From IMG/VR virus record IMGVR_UViG_3300044645_000674, positions 1 through 48,667 of that record: a DNA stretch of 48,667 bases. One strand, given 5' to 3'. The stretch is from a virus. Lineage: Duplodnaviria; Caudoviricetes. The translations under genes were made by a program, and so were the position numbers. The notes beneath the pieces are model-generated. The model saw only the letters and a program-made list of their open reading frames with translations. It did no database searches and had not been told where the DNA came from. Below, piece after piece: positions 20,301 through 33,000 of the stretch. Numbering within the stretch: position 1 is the stretch's first letter; every line of letters starts with the position of its first letter.

Positions 20301-21023
20301 TCAGTTTATAGAATTCTACTTAATAATACTCACGGTCTAAAAGCAAAAACTTTAGCTGTTCTACCAATTGCACTAGACTATGATGCTGGAGGAATAACTA
20401 CTAGAACTATTGACGTATTATCAGGTGTAGAAATTACTCCTATGGATGCAGTTGGACAAACAGCAGTTCTAGTTGAACAGAGATCATCTACTCAACAAGC
20501 TCAAGCTGCTGTAAAACCAAGTGGAATTAAAGTTGTAACTGATATACAACCTGAACTTAGAAGCATGTTAAATAAAATGGGGTATGCAAATACCACAATT
20601 GATATGCTACCAAAATCAGAAATTGAATATATTGTTAAGAATGGTATTCCAAAAGAACAGTATGTTGATAGAATTGTCAAGGAGGTTATCTCAGATAATG
20701 ATGGTCGTCACTGGGCTATTTCTGGTGACCCAATTACTATTACATCTATCACAAATAAAGGTGTAAATATTAAGATTACTAACGGAAATAGAAGTACCTT
20801 TATTACTTTCAAAGAACTCATATCTAGTACTGAAATGAAGACAGCAATTAAACCACAAGCCCCTGTTGTAGAACAAACTGAAGACACAAAGACTGTTCTA
20901 CAAGAAAGTTCTGATTTAGCAAAAGATGTCATCAAGAATGAAATAAACAATGTTGAGGACAGAATTAAAGATGCTAAACTAGAAGACTTAGAAAATTCAT
21001 TATTTAATACACCAATCTGTTAA
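14340..21023 (+). CDS. Giant virion cargo/ejection protein (2227 aa) with Gly-rich hydrophobic segments, long coiled coils and a C-proximal PD-(D/E)xK (RecB/Cas4-like) nuclease domain
   Basis: Nuclease motifs RVTS...GTDIDEYIRDFF...GIAGTVDLL...IYDIKT...QLSVY (about 19740-20380). Hydrophobic stretches LVLGALTSVSGGLTGSVAAG and FATGFVMGIFGGGL. Confidence 0.8.
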   Translation: MATENNTEGFSSLDPLGPSYGDLNLPNTPQAMLPFEGDRIKMPEINFPGPNSFTPVIPQFDGLNQEQLNVKRNVVGNSPQKPGTPKGTSTKDIIAGIGDYIHSSIKASQDQNTYSRIYQYDSGSKGSAYYKRYAAYGQETFDKIGFTPLRDNEASFNAGTTGWDDFQRMLNYSFLPLVGMGLTAGPKSLMKALQGDFSGDTEEARAYEEATGIGYSSKGGVGSFFNNALMNFGYTAGIIGEVMAEELVLGALTSVSGGLTGSVAAGRTAANLSRIGKGFSQAFYMDRAANVLSKGIASLKSTQAARSFWKAANTPMGRFFNPLTNTFEAVNNVSKISKFDNLTGLAKLSKTAGGFYADVRNLNAALSEGRLEGGLVENNVYDRLYNEYYEKNGKAPTDQEDYDMRKTAKEASIETIKWNTGLVYFSNNLTFGNILKPKGGMGRLMQGKTEELMRTAEGRVVAESTKIAGGKAIQVEAKYIQNSFKESWKAFKEAPIRKIAGAATTYTKANFVEGLQENAQETIAQATENLYVDQFKSQGVRSHLFARAAETEGMRSKFSYYSEAWGEQNPFTEKGFETFATGFVMGIFGGGLNMVPGFVSKSYNKIFKPAEYQKTLDKRNGYGERLAAQLNGNLFKDPIKVFDQKLLNLAIQENAGKVMATGSRMLAIDASNDAFTSAVITAMTTNSIEAFKEQIASYKNLTATEFEDAFKLEKGKGEKYLSKVDSVLQRIDEIQADYEENMDRYPDPIDLEGYKKGTEAYNKAAILLSGWRASRNSAIFLGQSYKDAKKRIESMASTVRSRKPLSKMSDAEVMVLFDSDRLVSEIGMLKTEIESSKGLISAAELKKKERILAAMQDLQDKVDYFYKYDNAELEAHVAGQKEKGVFKNVTDDAGNILDEEEAEERYRDLVRKKFNLKEKTEENTTRAEADLELAYKEYLKALADVKKDDYLERNADEAFRYVLDSYKLGRQASILNKHINLLHNPKEFMDQVERNYAWMTKLYNNRREYYDALVKQELEDIELNALLNELANNNVYVSADDIYEFRRNNRIPDEFYDDSRKAVIRKGNLEYDKYVALFMQAVKLKSLDPKSKKNIDDRLVLELAQLSIEEQQELDALPQVERRKEKGDLDRRGKQTVKLSEVVDQLQDGDTLSAFYLVDGQPNEIMLYRDGDVIKFEGKDGQEVDVAELSYDIVDGKIFTMESVPADELEAKKIRNKFALKREEAIRKAIADTEATPQVVSEEFVPFTTMTPLDQFDRELYTDLQVAFNDYIINTKNKDGVTLAEEYEGITDEELLKKFEKFIQEQPEAKEVIEAYNAEMKARKLEEKAVNIDPPIIVYNGKEVDMATVNFEDAKKILADLEAQYAAKKKDDLSNDEKEELLFDELNIAKLKRFITDTEALNREDDAAEKPYSTEMEQLAAETAKRRQLAEQALQRRINLVEEKRALIEKEEAEIRDTLEYLQQLLDNTVELSGVQIEDILNKITQLEKTNFQLIKSNSQKKLAAKIRERINAYKGQVRREFAIANEIQNQINIYKAEIEKILIPIKKDLKKQADYYRNLLADPNFDLFTKTDIRNKIRKIEKKIGTIQRLIDILRKAIANSLEYLREYLKIWQTHDRALSKFKNSGYKELSDYTLTQLRGTNDPRLDEYAQNKAELQRLEREINQAMDDVEFIDAVREQEIDRMMQLEAAIQKYQDQVRYLYDLLEPVAEDIVEEPLSNEGINTPAPTEVRAKTVEEIFEEEEEKNIVSTFSLADIADLDQALSEKVARPLTPQEQKLDAVRSIIREVLGNASFIKLTEDGTKYVNTRTGKEYQRVTSYTKEDDIKDPKLATESMQEYKKRLTDLGYSEKDVNQKMLLASSQIIGTDIDEYIRDFFSGKLKESSKYTFAPVEEIEKLKKKLQEIKDRLDARGEIVLANNVVLYNDDLGIAGTVDLLTFDVNGDVRIYDIKTMRGNNFAETHAGENIVKYESKKFGKSKREQHTEQLSVYRILLNNTHGLKAKTLAVLPIALDYDAGGITTRTIDVLSGVEITPMDAVGQTAVLVEQRSSTQQAQAAVKPSGIKVVTDIQPELRSMLNKMGYANTTIDMLPKSEIEYIVKNGIPKEQYVDRIVKEVISDNDGRHWAISGDPITITSITNKGVNIKITNGNRSTFITFKELISSTEMKTAIKPQAPVVEQTEDTKTVLQESSDLAKDVIKNEINNVEDRIKDAKLEDLENSLFNTPIC

Positions 21024-21026
21024 TCA

Positions 21027-24000
21027 ATGGCAATTACTTGTACACTTGGCCGTGATAATATTATCAAACTTTTAGATGCTGTCTATAAGAAAATGCTTAC
21101 TACCCCTGAGGGAGAAACGTTTAATGTAGATCAATACATAAACTACTTGTACAATGGTTTTGAAAAAACCCAGGGTAGAGATGTTGCATTACAATATATT
21201 CAACAAGTACCTTATGTTATAGGTAGTGTTGAAGCACAGTTAGGTGGTGACCTCAAGTTAAACATGCCCATTGAAGAACTCAGAGAGATTACAAGAGCAT
21301 TTAGAAATGCTGATACAGGTCTTTCTGCTATAGAAAAGTATTTAGGATTAGCTCCACTGACAGCTGAAGAATTAGCTGCAAAAGCTAATTTTAAATCTAA
21401 TAATCCTACAGGAACAGATGCTGCACCTAAAGATCCAGATGCTGAGATAGAAGATACAGCATTAAAGAGTAGAACTATTCTTTCTGGTACTGGTCAGGAG
21501 TTTTTGACTTTAGACCCCTCAAAGAAAACAAAGACAACTGTAGAAAGACTTGACAGAGATAAATCAAGAATCTATAACACAATTTCTAGAATACATAGAG
21601 CTACATTTCAATTTGATACAACATTAGGCAATCCTGTGTACCAAGGTCAAGAACTTACTCTTGTGCCTATTGCAATGAACAAGATTCCTTCTAATCAACT
21701 AACAGATGAGTCTGCTGATCTGTATGCAAGGATGAATTCTATTATAGCACAAGGAACATCTGATGAAAGTGTTAGCAAACCAAGTGAAGTATTCTTCCTT
21801 GTTATCTCTGATAAACAGGGTAATCCACTCTATTTTGATAATGACGGTAACATAACTACTAAAGATAAAGGTAAGTATGTATACCAAACCCTTAGAGAAG
21901 TAAGAAAGCAATCTGATGGAAAGTACATGGTTACTAACATGTACGGTAAAGAAAGTAAGATTATTACTCCAAAAGAAGAAGCTAGATTACGTGCTGCTGA
22001 AATGGGATACCCAACTCCTGTAGATTATAAAAAGGGAACAGGTAAAACCATAGAACAGTTTGCTCAAGAGATTGAGGCTGAGCAACAGAGAGAGGCAAAA
22101 CAGTTATATGAACTAAGACAAAAGTTAATTAAAGGAGAACAATTTACTCTTCCTGTTACTGGTGCTAGTCAAGGTGTATCTAACACATTCATTAAGAATT
22201 TATCTCTAAATGAACTTGAGGTATTTTATGCAACAGAGACTAATGGTAAAACTCTTACACAACTCATTGCTGGTAATATTCAAACTTTAGATACAGCATC
22301 CTATGGTTTTGATAGAGGTGAAACTATAATTAAACTGGGTACTGGTATTGACATGATTCTTAAACTAGATAGAGCTGATATTCAACTTGATCTAGCTACT
22401 AAAATTGCTGAAGTACTCACTTCAGATTCATTAACTCCTACACAAAAGTTTGACTTCTATACACAGTTCTACGCCAAAGAAATAGTTGATATTCCAAATA
22501 AAACAAGAAGACATCAAGTATACTTTGATAAAGATACCGGAGTACTAACTTTTGAGTATTTTAAATTTACTGCTCAAGAAGAAAAAGTACAGGATATAAA
22601 GGTCAATCCATCTAAAACATTAAATCTTGAATCAGTTTCAGAAGGTACTTACAAAAAAATTATTGAGGTCCTTTTTGAGAAAGGTAAAACATCATTAAGA
22701 AGTGGTGAACCATATCCTGCTAAGTTTGACTACAATCAAAAACTACTAGATAGAGGAACCTATACTGATTATGAAAATGGTGAGTTTGTAGAGAAGAACT
22801 ATATTGATTTCTTAAGACAACAAACTGCTGATATATTTATGAGCAAAGAAGGTGTCCCATTATTTAATGCATACATTAAATTTGGACTACCTGATGGAAT
22901 AAGTGCAGAGTTCACTAATATAGAAAAAGATGCAGTAGACACTAGATCTGAGGTTCGCAAGTTCAAAGATAAAATGGTTGAGGAAGTTTTATTTGCTGAA
23001 CCAAAAAGTATTACTGCAGAAGTAGTAGAAGTTAGAGAAACTCAATATAAGGATGACCTACCAACTTATACACTAGATGTAAAAATAGATGGTCAAGAAG
23101 GAATACACAAGTTTTATCTAAGTAGTAAAGCAAAAGTAGGTGATAAAATCTATCTTGAAGTCAAAGATGTAGTTGATAACGGATTCTTATTCAAAGATGT
23201 TGTAAAAGGATTTACTGAAATAGAAGGTAGAATCTATGATATGGGGTCTCTTGCTGAAAGAGATTTTGATGCTAATGAACCTATAAGAGAACCTATTCCT
23301 GTTCAAACTGTAACTGCTGCAAGAACAGCAGAAGAAGAGAATGTAGAAGACCTTGAAAGATTTGGTAAAACAACAACTGAAGAAGAAGCTAAATCTGAAG
23401 ATGTAAATCTTACAAATCCGCAAGATACTGCACAACCTGAAGATAGTTCAAGTATTAGTAAACTACTTGATGATTTTGAATTTGACAGATCAGCTAAGTT
23501 ACCAAATGGTGTAACAGCAGAACAAGTTAAAAAAGCTATAGAGTGGTGGAATAATTCTCCACTTAGTAAATATATTAAACTATTCCCTGCAGCTAATATT
23601 GTAAACTCTGATGTATACGGTAAGTTTGTTGCAGCTGGTGCAAGATTAATTACTGATATGAACCTTGACCTTGACGGTAAAATGGGTGCTATCTTAATTA
23701 ATCCAACCACAGGTGGTACAATGGTAGATGCATACCATGAGGCATGGCACGTATTTTCCCAGTTGTTTTTAACTAAGGAACAGAAGCAAGCATTATATGA
23801 TGAGGTTAGAAAACTAAAACCAGAATATGCTAATCTTACTGCAAGAGAAGTAGAAGAAATGTTAGCTGAAGATTTTAGATCTTATGCGCTCAACCCTAAA
23901 GTAATAAAGAATAGACCAAAGAGAAATACACTCTTTAGAAAAATTCTTAACTTCCTTAAGAAACTGTTTAGAATTAAACCTACAACAGCTGATCTAATGA

Positions 24001-27000
24001 GAGGTGAGGAACTTGCAACAGAAGGTGTTGCTGGTGAGCTATTCCAAAACTTGTACTTTGCATCTAAGAATCCAGCTCTATTAAACAACTATACTCCTCT
24101 CATTTCAAACGTAGTACTTGATGAACTAAACCGTGGTATAGAACAGGTTAAAAATAGCACTGAAGATGCCCTTAATGATATGGATTCTGCAACTGTAGTA
24201 GAATCTCTTGACTCATTATTAGGAGAAGTAATAGATGGTGCCTTTAAAGAAAAGGGAGCTCTTGATGCTTCAGTGTCAATTATTACTAATGAGAATAATA
24301 AGAGTAAGTTCTTTGAGTTTGCTAGAAGAAGATTTCTAGATGATATTGAAAAAATAAAGAATGAACTCAATCTAAAACCTACTATTCCATTCAATTCTTT
24401 TAAAACTATACAGAACCTTGAAGATAATGCTATTGCAATTATCAGAAGTTCAAAAGGAGAACATAAGTATATCTTCTTGAGAGGTCAGGTTGAAGATTTT
24501 GATAATCTCAACCTAGATACTAAAGCTGGTGAAAGAATTAAAGGTGAACTATATAAAGGTAAGATTGAAATTATTGGTGATTACTTTAGTCATAAAACAA
24601 TAAAGGCTCCCAATAAGAATGCCGCAGATATCATTATTGTAAATAGTATTGAAGAAGCTAAAGCTCAGTTTGATGCATACAAAGTTGATGAACGATCCTC
24701 ATTTACTGATATTGAACAGTATCCAGAAAGAACTGTAAATGCCTTTGAAGTTGATTATGATCAAGCTTTCTTATTAGACAACTTAAGAATTCTTAGACAA
24801 GCTACAGATAACTGGGAAAAGGTTATTAAATACTATACTGATAAGTCTGCATACAATGTAATGACTAGAAAGGTAAGAATTCAAGAAACTGATCCAGAAA
24901 ATGATACTACTGATGAGGAAGCACTAATAGACCCAACTAAGTCACAGAAGTTTGATAAAGGTGCTGATGTAAACCTATTAGAGATTGCTGACAAAGAAGT
25001 AGTCTATATTCTCAAAAGTTTATTTGCCGCAACTAGAAATGAAAGAGGTGCTCTTGTATATGAAAAGAACAGACTTGGATACAAGAAACTAGCTAATTAT
25101 AAAAAAGTCTGGAATGCAATTGTAAGATCAACCAGTGGTACAAAAGATCCAAGATTAATGTACCAGAGAATTGTACAAGCAGCTTCAACTTATCCAGAAT
25201 TACAACAACTTATTGAGAGTAGATTACCAAATCCACAGTTAGTTGGTCACGCTAATACAACAGGTAATGTAATGAGATCATTTGGTATTACTACATCATT
25301 CTGGTCTGTATTTAGTTTACCACGTGTACCATACATGCAGCTTACTGTATTTAGAAATCAGTATGAAACATTTGACTGGAAAGGTAAACCAAGAATTTCA
25401 AGATCTGAAACTGAAGGTGTTGAAGTAACTAATGCATCAACAGATATTGGTAATACTATACGTAAGTTTGAGGCACACTTTGCAGCTAGATTAGATAGTA
25501 AATTTACAAAGAGAGATCAAGACAATGTTACTGTTTTAAACTTAGATCAAGTTATACAAGATTTCTCAGATAGATCTGGTAATTTTAAAAATGGTGCTGA
25601 GTTCCAATTTTTAAATGCTATTGGTTTTAACCTGGATGATCTAAAGAAAATAAAAGATGAGTTATCCGATCCAAATAATCTTAAAAGATTTGGTATTGAA
25701 TTTATATTCAGAACTATAAAAGATCTGAATGATGCTAACAAAGCAGGATCAATGTCAGATGCTGCAAGAAGAGTATACAATAATTTTATTAAGAACCCTA
25801 TTTCTGGACTGAAAAAAGGAATAGAACCAGGAGTAATTGGTCTAAGAGATAGTTTCTTACTTAAAGAAGGCTCTAAACAAAGTACTCAGGTTGATAGAAT
25901 TATAACATTACAAAATAGATATGGTAGTACAGCATCAACATTCTCAGTACAGAACCCAGAGAGAAATCGTGTAAATGAACACGTATCTGATAGTACACTT
26001 ACAGTTATTGCTGATGGTATTAATAATCCCGGAATAGGTGTTATTGACATAAACCAAGAGGCAAAGCAAACTGATATGTACAGATTTGGTACAACTACTG
26101 AGCATCTTGATCCAGCTGTAAATCCATTTGCTGATTCTTCAATTGCACTCAAATCAATGTTCATGCCTGACAAAACTAAAAGACAAGGCAGATCTATTAG
26201 TGTTGAAATGAATGCTGGTACCCAAACAATAAATACTATTATTAGTGAAAATGGTAGTCTTAGAGAGGGTGCTGTTACTGGTTCAAATACAACTTCTCTA
26301 GATAAGAGAGGTAAATTCATACAAGATATACATACATTCTTAAAGACAGGTAGAATAGAACTAATGCGTCCTGGTTCTAAGGGATCATCTTTTGGATGGA
26401 GATTGGATGGTGGTATTGTTACAAGTGCAATAACTAAAAAAGATCAACACCTATATGCTGACATTGATAGTTTCCTACCAAATACAGCTGGTGAAGCTGA
26501 TGTTATAGAAGGTATTATTTTACCATATCTTTCTTCTGAAGTAAAAAGGATTAATATCTATAATACTACACCAGAAGCTAAGAACTATGTTGGTTATAAT
26601 AGAGAGTTTGTTGACGGTAAAACATTTGGACAATCATTTGTATACTTTGACGGTATACTAAGTAAAAATCTACAAAATGAGATTTTAGAAAAAGTAAAGG
26701 ATCCAGGAGTAAAACTATTAGATTATCTTAAAACAGATCCTGACCTTGCTAAGAGAATTAAAGCGGAGATAAAAGCATACTTTACTACTAAGACAAATGA
26801 ACTATATAATTATCTAAGTAAAGCTAAGTTCGTTGATAAATCATTAATGGATAGACTTAAACTAGATAATCTAAATACTGAACAGAAGGAAAGAATATTA
26901 ATGAGAGCCTTTATGTATAACTACTGGATTCACAATGTTGAGACTAGTATTTTGTTCTTAGGTGATCTTGCACAATATGATCATAAGAAACAGGAATTAC

Positions 27001-30000
27001 ATAAAAGAATTTCTGGTCTTATATCAAATGGACCTAGAATCAGAACTGATATTGATGCACAAACATTTAGTAAAATTCTAGGTGAGACATCTTATGCAGC
27101 AAGTGAGAGTATAACTCCTATTATCTATAAGGGTTATGCTCATACTGCTATTATGAAAGAAGTAAAGAGAGATAGTATTTATGCTGATACAATACGTAGA
27201 GGTCTCACAAGAGATTATGAAAGAAGGTACAGAACTAGAAATATTCCAAACAAAGAGGCCTTAATCAAAGAACGTGTAGAAAAAGAAGTAGAAAAATATA
27301 CTAAAGCTGAGATCAAAGAGGCTGATGGTCAAGGATATATTACTTTTGATGCATATAGACTGTTCAAGAAACTACAAAATAAATGGTCAGATGCTCAAGA
27401 GAATTTGTACCAGAGAATTGTAGCAAAAGAAGATATTAGTGCTACTGAGATAATTGAGATGTTCCCTGTATATAAATTACAGAACTTTGGTTTTGTTCAA
27501 GGTACAGTACTTCCGGTAACTGCAATGCACAAGTTTGCACTTATGCCTCTGATTCCAAGTATGATAAAGGGTACTGATTTTGAATTACTACATAGACAGA
27601 TGATGGAACAAGGTGTACACTATGCTACATTTGAATCTGGTTCTAAGGTAGGGCATGTTACTTCTAATGGAAAAGAAGCTGATGATGTATTTGAAGATGC
27701 TGACCAAACTACTATTAAACCTAACATTAAGTTTACTGTTAATTCAATACATGCTGGTTTTCTAAAAGAAGCAGCTTCTGTAAATAGTAAATTCAAGGGT
27801 GAAGTTGTATTTTCTACTCAGTTGAGAAAACTTATTCTTAGTGGGCTATATGAGCAAGGTAAACTCATCAATGATGCATATGCTCCTATTGTAAATAAAT
27901 ATGAGGATACTGTAGACTTTTACACAGAGTTGCTTAAGTATGAACTACTCAATGAAATTGAATACAATACAGATGGTAAAAACCTAGTAGGTAAACCAGA
28001 TAAGTTTTTGAAGCTTATTAGAGAAAACCTTGAAAGAAAAGACTACCCTGAGCACTTACTAAGACAACTTCAGACTAATGTTGATGGTACACTTAAGGGA
28101 GATCTATCTTACTTTATAGATAGAAAGACTATTGAGAAAACAATCCTATCTATTGTAGAAAAAAGATTTGTAAGACAATATGTTAATGGTGAGCCATTAG
28201 TACAAGTAGCTAGTACATTCAGTAATGGTTTAGTTACTGGTGGACCAAGATTTCAAAAACCTACCGCTGCAGAAAGAAAGAAGTTTCTTGGTACAAACAA
28301 CTTTCCATTTTATGATGTAGAAACTGTAGACCTTGCTGCTCAATTTAAAGGTTTGTCAAAAGAAGAACTTAAAGCTGAGCTTAGAGGTAGAAAAGCAGTT
28401 AGTTACCCGACCCCGGCAAAAGCATACATCCTAAAAAATGAAATTGAATACTTAGAAGATGTAATTGCTGGTAAAAAACCTAGTCAGACTACATATGATA
28501 AACCAACTTCAGCAATGAAGATTGGTATTGCTCTACAAGGAGACTTTGTTAACTTACTAAATCTAAAACACATAGACGGTAAACCTATTGAGACTAGAGC
28601 TAGGCTCAATGAGATGATTAAAAATGAAGAGTGGTTAGATACTGATGACAATAGACAGAAGATTACTCTTACTGCTGTACGTATCCCAGTTCAGGGTTAT
28701 AACTCTATGGAGTTCATGGAGGTCTATGAGTTCCTTGATCCGGCTGCTAGTAACTTAATCATGCTACCAACTGAGATTGTTGCTAAGTCTGGTGGTGACT
28801 TTGACGTTGATAAACTTACTACATTCTTCCCTAACATAGATAAGAATGGTAATCTATATAAAGCTCCTGTTGATAACAAAGATTTTATAGCAGAGGCTAA
28901 TAAGATCAAAGACAAAGAAGCTAGAAAGAAATTCATTCAGCAACAAAAACTTGCTACTCAGAATCAGTTTATTTCTAGTATTAGATCTATCCTTGAGTTA
29001 CCTGAAAGTTATGCATCATTGGTTAGACCAAATGATACATATATTCTAAAAGACCTTGCTGATAGATTAAAGGATGATGTTTCTGACTACGATAAGTTTA
29101 CCAAACACAATGGTGAGGTTAATATGAGTGGTGATAAAAAAGTTTTAAGTCCTACTACAACTTTAGAACCTTTATTTAACTATTCTAAACATGAAGAAAA
29201 CCTTGTTGGTAAAGCAGTGCTTGGTATTGGAGCTAGTGAAAATGCACTAAGTCCATTGTTTGATGCAGCTGGTGGTAAAATGCCTCTAACATATAAAGCT
29301 ACCAAATATGTGAACGGTAGATATGTAGTAGACACAGACAACCCTGCAGATTATAAAATGAGATTAGATCTCCGTCACAATAAGATAGGGGATCAAATAT
29401 CTTTATCTGATATATATAGTGCAGATGGTGTAGATAAAATTTCAGATGTGTACTCACAAGCTATGAACGGCTGGGTAGATATTGAAAAAGATGAGTGGAT
29501 CTTCTACATCCAGGGTAATTATGAAATTGCACCAACCTTCTTGTACTTAATTAAAGCTGGAGTACCTGTAAAAGATGCTGTATATTTTGTATCACAACCA
29601 ATGATCCGTGAGTTTGCAGAACAACAAAGACTTATTGGTGGTGACTATGGAGCTATTCTAGGTGTAGCACCAAGTGCTTCAGAATTTACTAGATTCCAAT
29701 CAGCTAGAGATATAGTTAATAAATACACAGCAAAGTACTTATATGCTATAATGGGTAACCCACTTATACTTCCTACTGACAAGTTTAATGTTGAATTTAG
29801 ACCAGTAGATAACTATACTGAGGATCCAAGAAAAATGATGCAAGATGTTACTAAAGCACAGCTCTCTAGAGAAATTGCTGCTGGTAATATTAATCCTCTT
29901 GAAATAATGAGGATATATAAAGTAACAGATAGACAAATTGATTTATATCTTGCACCAGATCTAAGAAATACACAGTACTATAATGCAGCTGTATTTGCTT

Positions 30001-33000
30001 CAAGTAAGGCTGATAGAGTAGATGGTAACTTCTCAGTAGATACTATGGAAAAAATTATTGATAGTAAAAAATCTGTTAATGATTTGAGCCCACGGGAGAT
30101 CATAACTGAGATGGCTATGTTCTTACACTTCTATGAGATCCAAAAGCAGTTGATGGGTTTATCTGCAATGAAGAGAGCTGGTAAGTCAGATACTAAGACA
30201 TATGGAAACTTCCAAGAAATATACTTAGCAGAAGTAGATGTAGATGCACTAGCTGAAAATACTAAAATTGATCAAGAGTTTAAAAGAAGATTTCTTGATG
30301 AGAGTGTTGTAGCATCTTTAAAAGACAAATCTATAATTACTGATGTAGCAGCTCCAATGCTAGATCTAGTAAACAACAACATCACTAATAGGGCTATTAA
30401 GAACATAATTGCTAATAGAGACATATCATCATTTGGTGTAGGTACAGACGGAGTAATAAAATTTATTGATGCTTACAAAGATGCAATAGTAACTTTCTTG
30501 TATCAGAATTATCTTTCAAACTCTATAGATGCAAAAGGTAATATTATTTCAGTACCACAAGAATACCGTTCTGAAAAGGTTACTAATAATAAAGCACTTG
30601 AATCTGATGTAATTTATACACAAAATGGTTTCACTATTAATCTTGAAAACATTAAGAGAGACTATAAGGATAAAGTATATCTTGCTAATTCAAGTGCTAA
30701 TACAGCATATAAAAACAGAGATGGTCTGAAACCATTTAATGTTAGTGAGGATCCATTTGATAATGAAGAACAGTACATTAGATATGTATTAGAGAGAGCT
30801 TTCCAGAAGAGTAAAGGTCTAACAGGATTACAATTAAATCAGGTTGCACTGATGAATGTTTACAATCCAAATGCTCTAAGTAAAAATTCCGAGTACTCTT
30901 ATACTAAGATGGTACTTGATCTAATTGATGAGTTCCCAGCTTTAAAAACTGAGTACCCAGTATTAGAACAGTTATCTGCTAGGGCTACTAAAGACTTCTA
31001 TCTTCTAACTTTAAATGACAGAGATGCAATTGATGGTAGTACTAAGAGTCAGTATGCTGCTAATATCAGAGCATTAGGTAACCCAAGAATCCAAAAGGTT
31101 AAAGGTGATGCAAATAATAGAATCAGTGCTATATTTAGTCTGCTTCCAAAAATTGCAGTATATCAACATGGTCATGGTACTACTCCATTTGGATTAGAAC
31201 AAGTTGTACCACAAGAAACAGTTTTGTCAGCTACAACAGATGCTGGTAACTTGTTTAAATTAAACTACTGGAATGCAGATGTACTTGATCTAATATTTAT
31301 AAAACTAATATCTAGAGATAATAACCGCAAACTGTTTAAAAACTTCCTTGTTAATACTCCTACACAAATTACTAGTCCTAGTAGTGTAACGGTTACTCCT
31401 GAATCAACAGTTGATCCTGAGGAAACAACTACTGCTGCTAAAGTACCTAGCTATACACAATCTACTCTAATTGGAAAAGCAGACGTTATTCTACCTATAG
31501 GCACAAGTGGTAGTGGGAAATCTACTTTCATAAATAGCCTACCCCAAGAAAATCTAGTAGTCATTTCTCCAGATGAGATGAGAGTTGAATTCACGGGAGA
31601 TATGAATGACAAATCTAAAGATAAAGAAATCTACACTGAAGCTGCCAAAAGAGCTATACAAGCTGTAAAAGATGGTAAACAAGTCGTGTTTGATACTACT
31701 AATCTAACTAAAGATAAGAGAAGACCCTTTATTGAAGCTCTGAGAAAAGAAATTCCTAATGTTAATATTCAATATAAAATAATGGAATTGAACCCAGAAC
31801 TTGCCAAAGAAAGAATTAGAGCACAACTAGCAAAGGGTGAGAATAGAGCAAATGTTTCTGATGAGACAATTGATAGACATGCTGCATCATATCCGCAAAT
31901 GCTTATAGATATACAAGCAGAGGGTATGACTGAGTATATAGATCCTAATCAATTTTCTACAGAACCTACTGAAATAGCAGAAAATCCATTTGTTCTAAAT
32001 ACAATAGAAGATGTATATAATTCTAAACCAGAATATGCTGCAATTGGAACTTTAGAGCAGTATAAGAACTACATTAATAGTATCTTCCCAAATAGTACAG
32101 TTAAAGATATAGTATACCATGGTACATATGAAAATTTTGAAGAATTCCAAAAAGAAAAAAGAGGAAGTACTACAGGACTCGGTACACTAATTGATAAAAA
32201 AAGAGGTTTAGAATTAAACATTGACTCTGCAAATGCCTTTTTCTTTACAAATAATAAGATAACTGCTACAAGTTACTCATTGCTTGGTAGACAAAACTAT
32301 TTAGAAGCTATTAGAAATTCTATTGAGAGAATTAAACGTAAGAGTCCAAGAGCTCAAGAAGCAGTAAATTTCCTAAAGACTATACCTTATTTTAATAATC
32401 TAATTGAAAATGCTAAAAAAGCAGGTAAATCTAATGACGAGATACTAGATATATTATGGGGTGAAAGAAATAAAGTATACAAAGCACTTAAGTCCGGAAA
32501 TGCACAAGGGTATACTAATAATATACAAAGCATACTTTCATCTACTGAATCAATAAATAAATTCCTATCTGAAATTGAAAGATTTAGAGCTAATGATCTT
32601 ACAATAGAAAATATACATGGAAATTTTACAAAGTATAATTGGGGTAATTCAAATCATATATATAACATATTTATTCAAGATGGTAGATATCTATTTGTTG
32701 ATCTAAATAAAAAAACTGTAAAAACTGCCGATAGATTCTATGCTGATGAGGTAGATGCTGAAAGAATTAAAAACTTCTTTGAAAGTGCTCTTGCTGAGGA
32801 TAGACGTGAGGATGAAAAGAGAAAAGCTAATATGAAAGCTGCAGGTTTTACAGAAAATGTAGTATCTGCTATAGTAAATCTTCAAAATCCATTTGTACAT
32901 GACTATGAAGGGTCTGCTTTTCCTGATAAGTATAAAGAGACTAATACACCTACCGAATATGTTGCGGCAAGACAAGTAGCAAATGCTGTTGAAAATGGTC

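Noticed and set aside
19740-20380. Cas4 or a CRISPR-Cas system
   Set aside because: No Fe-S cysteines, no other cas genes and no repeat-spacer array in the window.
21018-21029. In-frame TAA-TCA-ATG junction between the 2227-aa gene and the RNAP (ORF2 and ORF3 are also in frame), suggesting read-through or a sequencing error
   Set aside because: TAA is rarely read through, being in frame has a one-in-three chance, and the terminal-Cys pattern fits genuine separate termini.
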